Source: Chrysochromulina tobinii
Taxonomy: Eukaryota
DNA: 35,441 nucleotides
Direction: 5' to 3'
NCBI GenBank assembly: GCA_001275005.1
Contig: JWZX01003367.1
Span: forward strand, 1-35,441
Shown piece by piece: positions 25,278 through 35,441 of the stretch; within the stretch, counting starts at the first letter, position 1; each line of letters begins with the position of its first letter. The notes beneath the pieces were generated by a model that did not search any database, was not told the DNA's origin, and was given only the letters and a program-made list of their open reading frames with translations. Both the position numbers and the translations under genes were made by a program.

Positions 25278-28200
25278 TTGGGCCTTAGTCCCAAGCGCGC
25301 CGATAATCTCTCCAAAGAGACCCTCGTCCTTCTCCTTGATTTCTCCTTGGCGCCTCAACTCGGCGGCCTCGCGCTTGGCCTGGGCGCGCGCCTCGAGGCG
25401 TTCCTTGACAACTTTGCGCGTCAGGTGCTCGGAGGCCGTCGAGAGCCGCTCGAAGATGAGCGCGAGAAACGTCTCGAGCTGCGGCCGGATCGATCGATCG
25501 ATCGCGCCCTCGGGCGCAGGCCCCTCACGCCAGTCGTACGCGACGCGCATATTCTCCGTGAGCTCGGGGGGGATCACACCAGCCTCGAGCTTCGTGTAAA
25601 AGTCGGAGACGGAGCGTGCGTCGACCGTCTTCATCAGATCTGTCGAAGGCAGGCTCTTGAATGCAAGCGCTCGGCAGAGAGCCTCTTGGAAGTCCGCATA
25701 CGAGAGATGCATCATCGGCTCGCGCCGCTTGACTTCGTCGGTCACGATGGACTGAGACCACACGAAGGCAAGCACGGCCTCGCGCCTCGTGAAGGAGTCG
25801 TCGAACACGTTCGCGTCCTCGAGAAGCAAGATCCACTCTTGGATCGACATGAAGAGGGAGCGTGCAAACAACTCCGCGCCCTTGATCTGCGGCGGCGCGC
25901 CCTCATCATCAGCCGAGGCTGCATAGAAATCGTAGATGGCCTTAAGCATGGTCGCATTGCTCTCGAACGCATCGTTCACGGGCTTGACGTACAGCCGGCG
26001 CTCGCGGAAGGCCATGGTTTCAACGCATGCCTCGGGGGGCAGGTTGGGTGCCACGTCATGTGTGAGCAGCGCATCGAGAGCATCCGACACGTCGGCGATC
26101 CGCTTGACGCCGCCGCGCTGGCGCCGCCCGTCTTGCGCCTTTACGTACTTGGCGATCGCGAGCCGAACGATCACCTGGAACCACTCGAAGCGCATGAGCG
26201 CCTTATCGGCGTTGACCGCGTTCGCCTCGGACTGCTCGGCCATACCTGTCGCCTCCTCTTCGTTGGTAGTGTAGAAGAGGTCGACGAGGTCCACGGCCTT
26301 GCACCACGACGACTTCTCGTCGGCCAGCTTGCACGATTTGCAAAACAGCTCGTACTCCTCGAGGCAGACGGAGTAGCCGTCGCCGCGCCCGTCCACCGCG
26401 CCAAGCGCCGCGTAGTACGTGAACGCGCGGTAGAGCATCTCGCGATGCTTGTTGAGCACCTCCTTGATCTCCCCGATCTCGATCGACTCGGAAGCGGCGC
26501 CAGACGCGTTCGCTGTGTCGTCATCCTCCGCCTTGATGAGAAGCCGGAAGCGCTCCTGGTTGCAGCGCGCAAAGTCGATCTCGAAGCTGCGCTGCGTGAC
26601 CACCGGGTCGTCGTAAAAGGAGCGCGCGTCGCTCACGATGCGCCGGCCGGCGAAGACGGACGAAAAGAGGTCGAAGCTCTGGTTTAACCTTGCCTTGTCC
26701 ACAAAGAGCTCCGTGGCGCCGCTCTTCGGCTGGACCGTGAGCACGAACTTCTCCTCGTCGACGAGCGACGCGTACGCGGACACAATCGCCGAGGTGCTCC
26801 CCGCCTCCGCCTTGACCAGCGCCTTCGGGCGAATCGGGCGCACCTCGCTCTGCGGCAGCTTGGGCAGGTCGCGCTTGGACGGCTGCGGCGGCGGCGGGTG
26901 CGCCGGCATCTCGTGCAGCCCGAGCACAAGCAGAGTGGACGGCTCGAGCTCCTCGGGCTCCATGTGCGGAGCGCGCCAGTTGCGCTTCGTGGACGCGTGG
27001 AAGAGGCGCAACGTCTTGCCGTTGGGCAGCTCAAACCCCTTGAAGCCAAGCTCCTCGGCGATCCTCGAGCCCACGTACTCATGTCCCGTGTGCTTGGCGA
27101 CGCGCCTCAGCTGCTTTTGCGGCGGCGGAGCAACCCACGAGATCAGCTTCCCGCCCATCGTCTGCGACGTGTCGCGCCCCAGCGTCGCCCCCTCCGGCCC
27201 GGCGAACTTGAACACGGGCGTGTACTCCTCCATGCTGGGGAGGCTCACCTTGAAGCGCAGAGGCGCCTCGGACGACAAGTAATCGATCTCCCACTGCTCG
27301 AGGGGCGGTGGCGCGGCGACTGCCGAGGCCGCAGCAGCCTGACGCTCGCTCTTGGACAGCTTCGCCGTCGCCTGGGGCGGGGACGGCTCAAGCGTATCCA
27401 CGGCGCTCGGCTCCTCCGGCAGTAGCTCCACCTCCTTGACCCCCGGGGCCCACAGATCGACCGGCTTCGACGCACCGACCACGGCTGCCTCCGGCGGCTC
27501 ACCCTTGGCCATGCCACCCTTGGAGCCGCCGCCCTTGGCAGTACCCTCCTTCGGCTTCGGCAGCCTAGGCAACGAGCCGCTGCTCGCGATGGCTGCCCCA
27601 GGCGCAGGCGGCAGCAGGGTGGGCGCGGTGGCGCGCGCCGAGGGCTTCGGTGCCGTCGTCGCCGTCGTCGCCGCAACGCGCGGCGAGCTGCCACTAGGCA
27701 CGATCGCCGTCTTGTCGAGCTCTGCGCGCGCCGAGGCGCGTACCGCCGCCCCAACGGATTGGGAACCAGCTGCACGCGGTGAGGTTGCGGGCTGCCGTGA
27801 GCCCCGCTTCCACGTGTCTGTGAAACTCATCTGGAGCATGCGCTGCAACCCAGGCGCGGGCACGCTCTTGTGCTCCTGGAGCGCGTTCGCGGCCGCCTTG
27901 AGCGCAGGCAGAGAGAGAGTGCCGGCACCTGCGCCCGCCGCCTCGGGGGAGCCCGCACGTTGCTGGTTGGCGAGCTGCGCATCGAGGATGGCCTTCTCGG
28001 CGGCGGCGCGGCGTGCGTACGCCTTGGCAGCGAGCTTGTCAGGCTTCTTGACGAAGTTGAGGACCGAGTTCTTCTTGGGCTTGCGCTGGCCTGGCTTCAT
28101 CCCTAGGCCCAGGTTGGCAAAGTACGTGGTGAACTCTTCGAGTGTGACGGCATCCGAGCCGTACCATATCCATTCGCTGGAAGATGATCTCGAACGCCTC

Positions 28201-31200
28201 CACCTGAGCTTGCACGTTGATGCCGCACACGTCCGACTTGGAGCGCAGCACGTCGGCAGGCAGCAGCGGCAGCAGCAGCTCGCGCACTTTGTCGTTCAGC
28301 CGGAAGGCGCGAATGAGCTCCGTGCGTGAGAGCTCATTCGAACCGTCCTCATCGATCATCTGGAATGCGGTCTTGGCCAAAGAGAAGGTGCCTGTGGGGT
28401 CCGACTCCATCTCCTCTCGCTCGCGCCGCGCCTCTTCTGCCTTCTTGAGTGCCTCCTCCGCCTCGAGCTCATCGAACTTGTGCGTGAGCCAGTCGACATA
28501 CTCGCGCTTCTTGGTCTGATGCACATCCGCCACCGTGGTCGACTCTTCCGCCGCCGTCTTGGGCGCCGCCGCTTTCGGGGCGGCGCCGGCAGCGGAAGGG
28601 GGAGGGGCGTCCCCGTCGCCTTCGGCGGCCGGGCCTGCCAGCTCTGCCACGTCAGCCTCGCCACCGTGGACGTCGTCGAGGGCATCTTCGGAGCCCTCGA
28701 GCTGCGAGGGAGGTGACGAGGGCCGAACGGTGCGCAACGGCTGGCCGGAGCAGAGCGCCGTCTTGAGCTGTAGCTCCGCGCGGTACATGGAGGTTCGATT
28801 GGCAGGATTGGAGCATAAGTTGACCAGCACGGAGCTCGCCATGTCCAGCAGCGGCAGTAGCTTCTCGTCGCCCTCGGCGTACTGCTGCAGATCGTACCAC
28901 AGCTGCACAAAGGTCCACAGCCCATAGCGCGCGAGAGGCACCTGGGCGCATCGCGACCCTGATAAGTTGAGTACCGCATTGAGCGCATCGCGAAGCAGCG
29001 GACAGTCGGGCGCACCAGCACTCTCGGCCTTTTCATACGCGGCCTGGGCGGCGGCCGCAGCGGCCACCGCCTTCTTCCCCTCGGCTGGGCTCTTGGCCTG
29101 CGCAGCGGGCACGGCGGCCTCGGCTTTGGCGGCGGCGGCCTTGAGCGTCTCCACGTTGGCGCGCGCCTTCTCGAGCGCATGTAGGAAGCGCTCGCTTTCG
29201 GAACGTAGCGTGTGCGTCACGAGCAGCTTGGGGCCGCCCTTCTCAACGATCAGGGCAGAATGGCCGCGCATGGCCGCGCGCGCCAGCCCGCGACATCCGA
29301 GAGCACGCAGCTCCGCGTTCTTGTCGTCGAGCAACGTGAGCATCAGACGCTCGAGTCCGACGTCAGCGCTCGCGACAGCGCTTGAGGGCCCTTCCTCCGC
29401 CACCGGCACCGACGGCGCAAGCACGATAGGCGCCGCGGTAGGTGTAGCCGCTGCCAGCGAGGGCTCCGCGGCGGGGGCGAGCATCGGTACGATGGGCTTG
29501 GGGAGGGGGGGTCGCACCGGCGGTAGCAGCTTGCTGACGGTGCCGATGGTGCCATCGAGTGTGCGGCTGGCGGTTAGGCGTTGCTCGGGCGGGCGCGCGG
29601 GCGCCGCGGCGAGCTGCTGCAGCAGGTACGGCGCCGCCATGTGCACCAGCGGCGGCTGCAGCTCCTCCTGACGAAACATGAGAGAGATGCAACCGAGCGC
29701 GGCCTTGCGCAACGAGTCCATTTCGGATGCGCCGCTCGGCAGCAGCCGCAGCAGCGCGGGTGCGGCGCACGCGAGCGCGCGCGCCGCATTGCGCGGCGCG
29801 TGGCAGAGCCGCCAGAGCGCCGCGGCCGCCCAGTTGGCCTGGATCAGAAAGGAGCCCGTGCAATGCTTCTCCTCCACGGCATGCTGGAGGACCCGAGCGA
29901 GCGCCTCGACAGCACCGAGGTCGCCGAGGGTGTTGAGCGCGCCGCAGTTGGCCTGCAGCCACAGGCACGCGGCGCCGTGCAGCGCACCCGGCTGCGACGC
30001 GGGCAGCATGCCCACGAGCGTCCGCAGCTGCTCGACACGCAGCGCGCGACCGTGCGACTCGACAGCCGCCTCGTCGCAATTCAACTCGTACCAGCGCGCT
30101 CTCTCCAACCTCTCCGCATCTGCCTTGGCCTGTGCAGCCGCTGCCTCCTTGGCGGCTAGCTCCGCCTCCTCAGCCGCCGTCATCTTCTTCTTCCGCCCCC
30201 CTGGGCTTCCTTCTCCTTTCTCCTCATCGTGGGGCGGTGGCGGCGGCGGCGCTGGCCGCGGTGGCGGCGGCGGGTGGGCGGCGAGGTAGGCCGCATGCGC
30301 CGCTTCCTCCCGAGCCTTCGCCTCCTGTGCCTCCACGCGCGCGGCGAGCAAGGAGAGGGTGGCGGCAGCCAGGTAGCCATGCGCGACGGCCGCATGCCCA
30401 TGCAACGCGCCGTCCTCCGACTGGACGCGCTCCTGCATCTGCGCGCACAGCGCGAGCAGCCGCTTGAGCGCGTCCACGGCCTGAAGCGCCGCCGGGACGC
30501 CTGGAGTGTTGATGAGCGAGCACAGAGCCGCCGAACAGCACTCAGCGAAGCGGTCGGCCGGCTGGTTTGCGATCACCTCGAGCAGATGCAGCAGCTGCGT
30601 CGGTAGGATCTTGGGCGGTGACGGCTTCACGTCGGCCGGCGCGAGCATCTCCCGCTCCGCATCGGCCTTCTCACGCGCCTCGCGCGCCTCCTTCTCGACC
30701 AACGCCATCGCACGGTCCGTCTCTTTGTGCTTCCGGGTGAAGCGCATGTCCGTTGAAGCGCGACGCGAGCGTTGTCCATTGGTCGGCGAAGAGCTCGGCG
30801 ACTCGTCTTCGTCCATGAAGGCAGACATGCCGGCTTTCCTCCGTCGCTCAATCTCTGCCTCCCTCTCCAGCCTCGCCTTCTCCTCAGCGATGGCCTTGCG
30901 CCGTAGCATCTGGGCCCGACGCATCCCCTGCAACTTCTTGACGGCTGCCTCCTGCTCAATCTCGGAGAGATCTGCGGGCTTGAGCGCGTAATCGGCCTTC
31001 ATTTCACAGCACGCGAGCACGCCGAGCGCCGTGTTCCGCAGCACCAAGGCGTGCTCTGCCCGCCTGGCGCTAAACTCGACCGCGAGCTTGAAGCCGCACG
31101 ACTTGTCGACCGAGAAGGAAAGGCACCGGAGCAGGAAGGAGTAGAGGGTGCCCGTGATGTGCAGCGGCTGGCCGAAGTTGCGTAGCGCGGCGGCCATGCC

Positions 31201-32685
31201 CCAGATGGTGCCGATCAGCCCTCGCAGCAGAACGAGTGCGTTTTCCGCATTCTGGAAACAGCGAAGAAGCTCCTTCTCCGGAAGGCTTGCGGCGAAGACC
31301 GGGTGCGAGAGCTTGATGCCTTTCTGGATGGGCAGGAACAGGGGCACGGTGCACACGCGCAGGATGTGCACGAGCGCGGGCAGCTCGCGCAGCAGCTCGC
31401 GGTCCGTCGCTCGCTCTGGCGTAAGGCGTACTCGCGAGAGGCAAAAGTGCAGCAGCTCAGCGGCGCCGCAGCGCTCGAGGTAGCCCATAGCGCCGTTGAG
31501 TCCGGAGGCCATCTCGACCAAATGGCGGGCGCCGCCTCGGTAGAGCGTGTCGCCGCACAGCGTGGGCGAGAGCGCGGTCACGCGCGCGAAGAAAGAGAAG
31601 ACAGACTGCGCCAGCGGTGCGTCCGCTGCGCACAGGAACGGCACCAGCCGCGCGCAACCGCCACATTGGTGGAAGGCGCGCCTGCCTGCCTCGGCTCTGA
31701 GGAGGGCGCTGAGCGCGCGCACGGGCACGCTGCTGAGCTCATGCACGCCCTTGCCGCTCGCGGCCAGCACGATCTCCTCGTGCCGCTCGAAGGCCTCAGC
31801 CGCCTCGGCCGCTGCCTTTTCGCGCGCCACGGCCTGCGCCTCGAGTATGGAGAGCGTGCCCGGCGTCTCGGGTGGCTCGGGGGTGTCCGGCGGTTCGTCC
31901 GCCTTGCCCTTGGCGCCCCCGCCCTCCTCATCCTCCTCGCTGTCGGCGCCCTCGCCGTCGGCGTTCTCTGTCGCGCGCTCGACCCGCATCTCCCGTCTGA
32001 ATTGCGCGTGCTCCAAGTGGTAAGTGAAGCCCTTGACAATCGCCTTAACGATGAGCTCACAGGGCATGCGCCGCAGCGTCGCCTCCTCCTGCGCGAGCAT
32101 CCACACGGTGGCGGCGGCCAGGCGCGACACGTGCACGTCCGTAGACTTGAGCACCTTTGGCAGCAGCATGAACACCGAAGCGCCTATCTGCCCGTGCTGG
32201 TCGCGCCGGCTCACGATTCGCCACAGCGAGATGCATGCGAGCAGGTGCATCTCCGCACGCGAGGCGAGCAACATGGAGCGCACGGTCTCGAGGTCACCCT
32301 CCATGACGTCCAGCCGGCGAACCTCCTCGCGCATGCGGTGCGTCTCGATGATCACTTGCAGCTCGTCCGTAGTCTTAATCTCCTTGGTGATGCCGCGCGC
32401 GTCCGTGTGGAAAAGGGTGCAGTCGTCCCACTTGTACAGGTTCGCGACATTGAACTTGATTGAATTGAGCTTCTCGGCGCCCTCGAAGATATACTGCTTT
32501 TCTTCCCACTTGTCATCCATAGGCACGAGCGTCGCCTGCAGCTTCTCCTTGGGAATGGAGGCATGCATGAAGCCAAGGGCACGGACTTGCTTGACCACCT
32601 CCTGCCCGCGCATTCGCATGAGCATCTTGGAGAGCGACTCGCTGCCGCCCGCCGAGGAGCTCGCCCCGGGCATGGCCAACACCAT
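25269..32685 (-). CDS. Giant (~2,470 aa) ARM/HEAT-repeat protein with an EF-hand pair and a helical C-terminal domain; one-base frameshift at ~28163 joins the 1568-aa and 943-aa ORFs
   Basis: ARM-like helices (LAAATVWMLA, WAAAALWRLC, LRDALNAVLNLS, ASSVLVNLCSNPANR). EF loop 1 is DEDGSNELSRTE; EF loop 2 DMDGSDAVTLEE is restored by deleting one base, and that frame continues into MKPGQRK.... Start ATG 32685 or 32673; the 3' end may include further exons. Confidence 0.78.
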
Positions 32686-32909
32686 CCCAGGCGCGATGTT
32701 CAGAAACAGAAGTGCCCAAGACGCCGAAGTGGAAACGAATTTCAAGACCTAGCTGAGTGCGAGATGTGCATCGAGCAGGCTCTTCCTGCAGATTCACAGT
32801 AAATTCGCGCGAAGACAGCTCCGAGGCCGTCGCGTGGGACTTTTTTTGCGGTGCGTCCCTTCATTCGGAGGGAGAGAGGCGGAAGGGCGTAGTGACTGCG
32901 TCGACCGAC

Positions 32910-35441
32910 ATGAACGCGGAGGCGGAGGCCTTCCTGGAGGCGGTCAGGGCGCTAGACCTCCTCCAGGACCAGCTGGACTGGGCTGACGTCAAGCCCTCAT
33001 GGAAGTCAGCCGCAGCGCGCTGGGCCAAGCAGCTGAGAAAGTGCCGGTACCCGGCAGACCTCGATCTCCTCTGGAAACTCGCGGGCGAGCTGATGAAGGA
33101 CATCAAGCCGACGAACTTCATAGTGGGATGGTTGGTCAACGCCGATGGCAGCGAGTCGACCCGCTACCGCCAGTGGCTGACCGAGACTGATGCGAGCAGC
33201 GCTTTCGCCATCCTCAAGGCAGTCCGGGTGCTGCGTGCGCACCTGGTCCGGGTCTTGGGCGGGCCGCTCTACGCGCTCGACGGCACGCCCCTCGCCGACG
33301 CGGCCCACGCCAGCGCCGCGCCGGCACCGCTTGCCACCGAGCCCGTGGAGCCTCCACGTGAGGTGTCGGCCGCCGGGTTGGCTGCGGCGGCCTCAGCTGC
33401 CGCCAAGCTGGTGCGCAAGCAGTCGAAGCCGATCGAGTACAAGTGCGCCGACCACCCCGATTGCATCCTCGGCTATAAACACCGTGGCCCGTGCCAGATC
33501 GTCGACCACACCTCTGCAGCCGCAAGCAACCGCGCCGGGCGTTCGACATCACTGCTCCCGGGCTCTTTCGTCGACGATGTGGAGCTGTCGCGCGTCGAGC
33601 GGCTGCCCAGCGGCCAGGCCGGCAAGCCCAAGGCAGCGGCCACGGCCACAAGCGCGGGTGCGGACTACGCGCCGCCGCCCAAAGCTGCGGATGCGCTTCC
33701 TCCGGGCTGGACAGAGCAAAGGCATTATTCCGTGTCGCGGCCCGGAGGATATGCTACCTTTCACGGGCCGAATGGAGAGAAGGCACGCTCAATCGTGGAA
33801 GCCTTCCGTATTCACTCGGAACAGGCGCCATCGGCGAGCGCGATGGTTGCCGCCTCCAAGCCCATCCCTCATGGCCCCAGCAGAAGCTCTGGCACGCGGC
33901 AATGGTACGATCCAGAGGAGCGCAGCGGCAAGCGATGCTCATGCGAGTCGTGCGTCCGAGTGGCCGACTGCGGCGAGTGCAAGGCGTGCCTCAAGGTGCG
34001 CGAGATGGGGCGTAAGTCGAAGGAGCCGGTGCCGCGCAAGGACGAGCACGTTTGCTACGAGCGCGTATGCCAGCTCCAATACTCCAAGTACGCGAACATG
34101 CTCGTGCGCTGCCATGAGTACGAGAAGGCGCTGCCGGCCTTCGACGCGGCCCTCACGGAGCGGCAGCTGGCGCCTAAACGCGCACTCGTGTTGCGGAACC
34201 GCGCGTACTGCCTGATGAAGCTCGGGCGCTACGGCGAGGCGCTCGCCGACGCGCAGCTCGCGATCGAGCTCGAGCCCGAAGGCGCCTCCAACTGGTTCCG
34301 GCAGATGGATGCACTCATGGAGCTCGCCAAGGTAGCGCAGCAGGAGAAGAACGCGGCCGAGGAGTACCGGCGCTGGCTGCAAGCGCGCGAGACGGTGGAG
34401 CGGTGGCGCGCGTATGTCGCGCAGCAGAGTACTGCCGCCGTCGATAAGATGAAGGCCTCGTCCGACAGTCACTTCAAGAAGATGCAGGAATACGAGTATG
34501 CCACGCACTTCTCGAGGCTCTACGAGCTCGAGGCGGATGGCGCCGCTGGGGAATCGGTCAGGACGGAGGCTGAGGCGGAGGCTGCGTCAGCGGCAGCGGC
34601 GGAGGCGGAGGCGGAGGCGATGGCGGGGGCGGTGGCGATGGTGGAGGACCATGTGATGGAGGCGGAGGTGCTGGAGGCGGTGGCCGTGGCCGATGCCACA
34701 GAGGAGGAGGAGGGTGTGGCCGCTGAGGGGCTGGATGTGCTGGAGGCACCGAATGCAGCTGCACAGCCCATGATGCCGCTGGAGGCTCGGTCGGCAGAGC
34801 CCATGGCAGAGAAGGCGCTGCCGGCCGCGCCGGAGCCCATGGCAGAGGAGCCGCTGGTCCAGGATCCACCAGCAGTTGAGGAGCCACGCGAGGTGGCAGC
34901 AGAGCCGGCACCCTCGGCACCCTCGGCAGCGCCCATGGATGTGGACGATGAGGAGGCGGGAGCGCCGAATGGGGCGGCGGCGGCGGCAGTGTCGGAGGCG
35001 GCCAAACCGGTGGTGCACGCCGTCAACAGCGTCGATCTGACTGAGGAGGGGGCCGCTGCGCCGCTCTCGGCGGCGCAGGCGGAGCAGGTGGTGGCCGCGA
35101 TGGATGCGATGCGCCGCGCCAGAACGACGGCCACGGCTGTGGTGCATGGCTGGCACCTCACCTTAACCGTGCGACCCCGGGGCGGCCAATGCGACATGCG
35201 CGCCGTGAGTTCGCGCGGAGATTCCGCGCGGATCGACTCTATGGTCAAGCTCCGCAAGCACCTTGGCCTTGCCAGCGCTGGTCTCTCCTCTGATGGCGGC
35301 GACTCCGATGCCGCTCCGGCCGCTCTGCCGGTCACTCTGGCTCGCGCACCGGCCACTTTGGCTCCCGCTCTGGCCGCCAGCAGTGGCCAGCCCGCTGCTT
35401 CGCCGTTCATCGCTCCGAAGCTCGACATGGCTTCGCTCGCG
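32910..35441 (+). CDS. 5' part (at least 844 codons, open at the window edge) of a multidomain chromatin-associated protein: WHIM-like, CCHC motif, MBD-like, CXXC-type Zn finger, TPR, acidic linker, second MBD-like
   Basis: Manual translation from ATG 32910 (MNAEAEAFLEAVRALDLLQDQLDWADVKPSWK...) has no stop to the window end, so it is missing from the ORF track. Contains LPPGWTEQRH...ATFHGPNGEKARSIVEAFR, RCSCESCVRVADCGECKACLK...CYERVC and VLRNRAYCLMKLGRYGEALADAQLAIELEP. Confidence 0.85.
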   Translation, partial: MNAEAEAFLEAVRALDLLQDQLDWADVKPSWKSAAARWAKQLRKCRYPADLDLLWKLAGELMKDIKPTNFIVGWLVNADGSESTRYRQWLTETDASSAFAILKAVRVLRAHLVRVLGGPLYALDGTPLADAAHASAAPAPLATEPVEPPREVSAAGLAAAASAAAKLVRKQSKPIEYKCADHPDCILGYKHRGPCQIVDHTSAAASNRAGRSTSLLPGSFVDDVELSRVERLPSGQAGKPKAAATATSAGADYAPPPKAADALPPGWTEQRHYSVSRPGGYATFHGPNGEKARSIVEAFRIHSEQAPSASAMVAASKPIPHGPSRSSGTRQWYDPEERSGKRCSCESCVRVADCGECKACLKVREMGRKSKEPVPRKDEHVCYERVCQLQYSKYANMLVRCHEYEKALPAFDAALTERQLAPKRALVLRNRAYCLMKLGRYGEALADAQLAIELEPEGASNWFRQMDALMELAKVAQQEKNAAEEYRRWLQARETVERWRAYVAQQSTAAVDKMKASSDSHFKKMQEYEYATHFSRLYELEADGAAGESVRTEAEAEAASAAAAEAEAEAMAGAVAMVEDHVMEAEVLEAVAVADATEEEEGVAAEGLDVLEAPNAAAQPMMPLEARSAEPMAEKALPAAPEPMAEEPLVQDPPAVEEPREVAAEPAPSAPSAAPMDVDDEEAGAPNGAAAAAVSEAAKPVVHAVNSVDLTEEGAAAPLSAAQAEQVVAAMDAMRRARTTATAVVHGWHLTLTVRPRGGQCDMRAVSSRGDSARIDSMVKLRKHLGLASAGLSSDGGDSDAAPAALPVTLARAPATLAPALAASSGQPAASPFIAPKLDMASLA

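Overview
Gene-dense, GC-rich eukaryotic nuclear DNA with short GT-AG introns (76-201 nt) and several head-to-head gene pairs. It is probably from a haptophyte alga; this is inferred from composition, an intronic GAGTGCCACT-type repeat and a plastid-type presequence, and is not proven. About 15 protein-coding genes are supported: an HVA22/REEP protein, a bacterial-type RlmM rRNA 2'-O-methyltransferase, a CS(p23/NudC)-domain protein, eIF3L, mitochondrial ATP synthase epsilon, a CAMK-like kinase, an R2R3-type MYB, a Cys-rich/TylF-like methyltransferase, an EF-hand protein, a CRAL-TRIO protein, a TPR-AspH hydroxylase, a putative thylakoid-lumen protein, an inositol 5-phosphatase, a giant ARM/EF-hand protein and a chromatin-reader-like protein running off the right edge. 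A small Gly/RGG-rich ORF is a weaker candidate. Most notable: (1) an ORF of at least 844 codons, absent from the ORF track, combining MBD-like, CXXC, TPR, WHIM-like and Zn-knuckle modules; (2) a cNMP-binding/5-phosphatase/Zn-finger/FABP-like fusion; (3) three apparent single-base insertions, two of which split conserved motifs; (4) a shared 22-nt exact element and ACGT-core palindromes in promoter regions. No rRNA, tRNA, CRISPR array or autonomous transposon was recognised.
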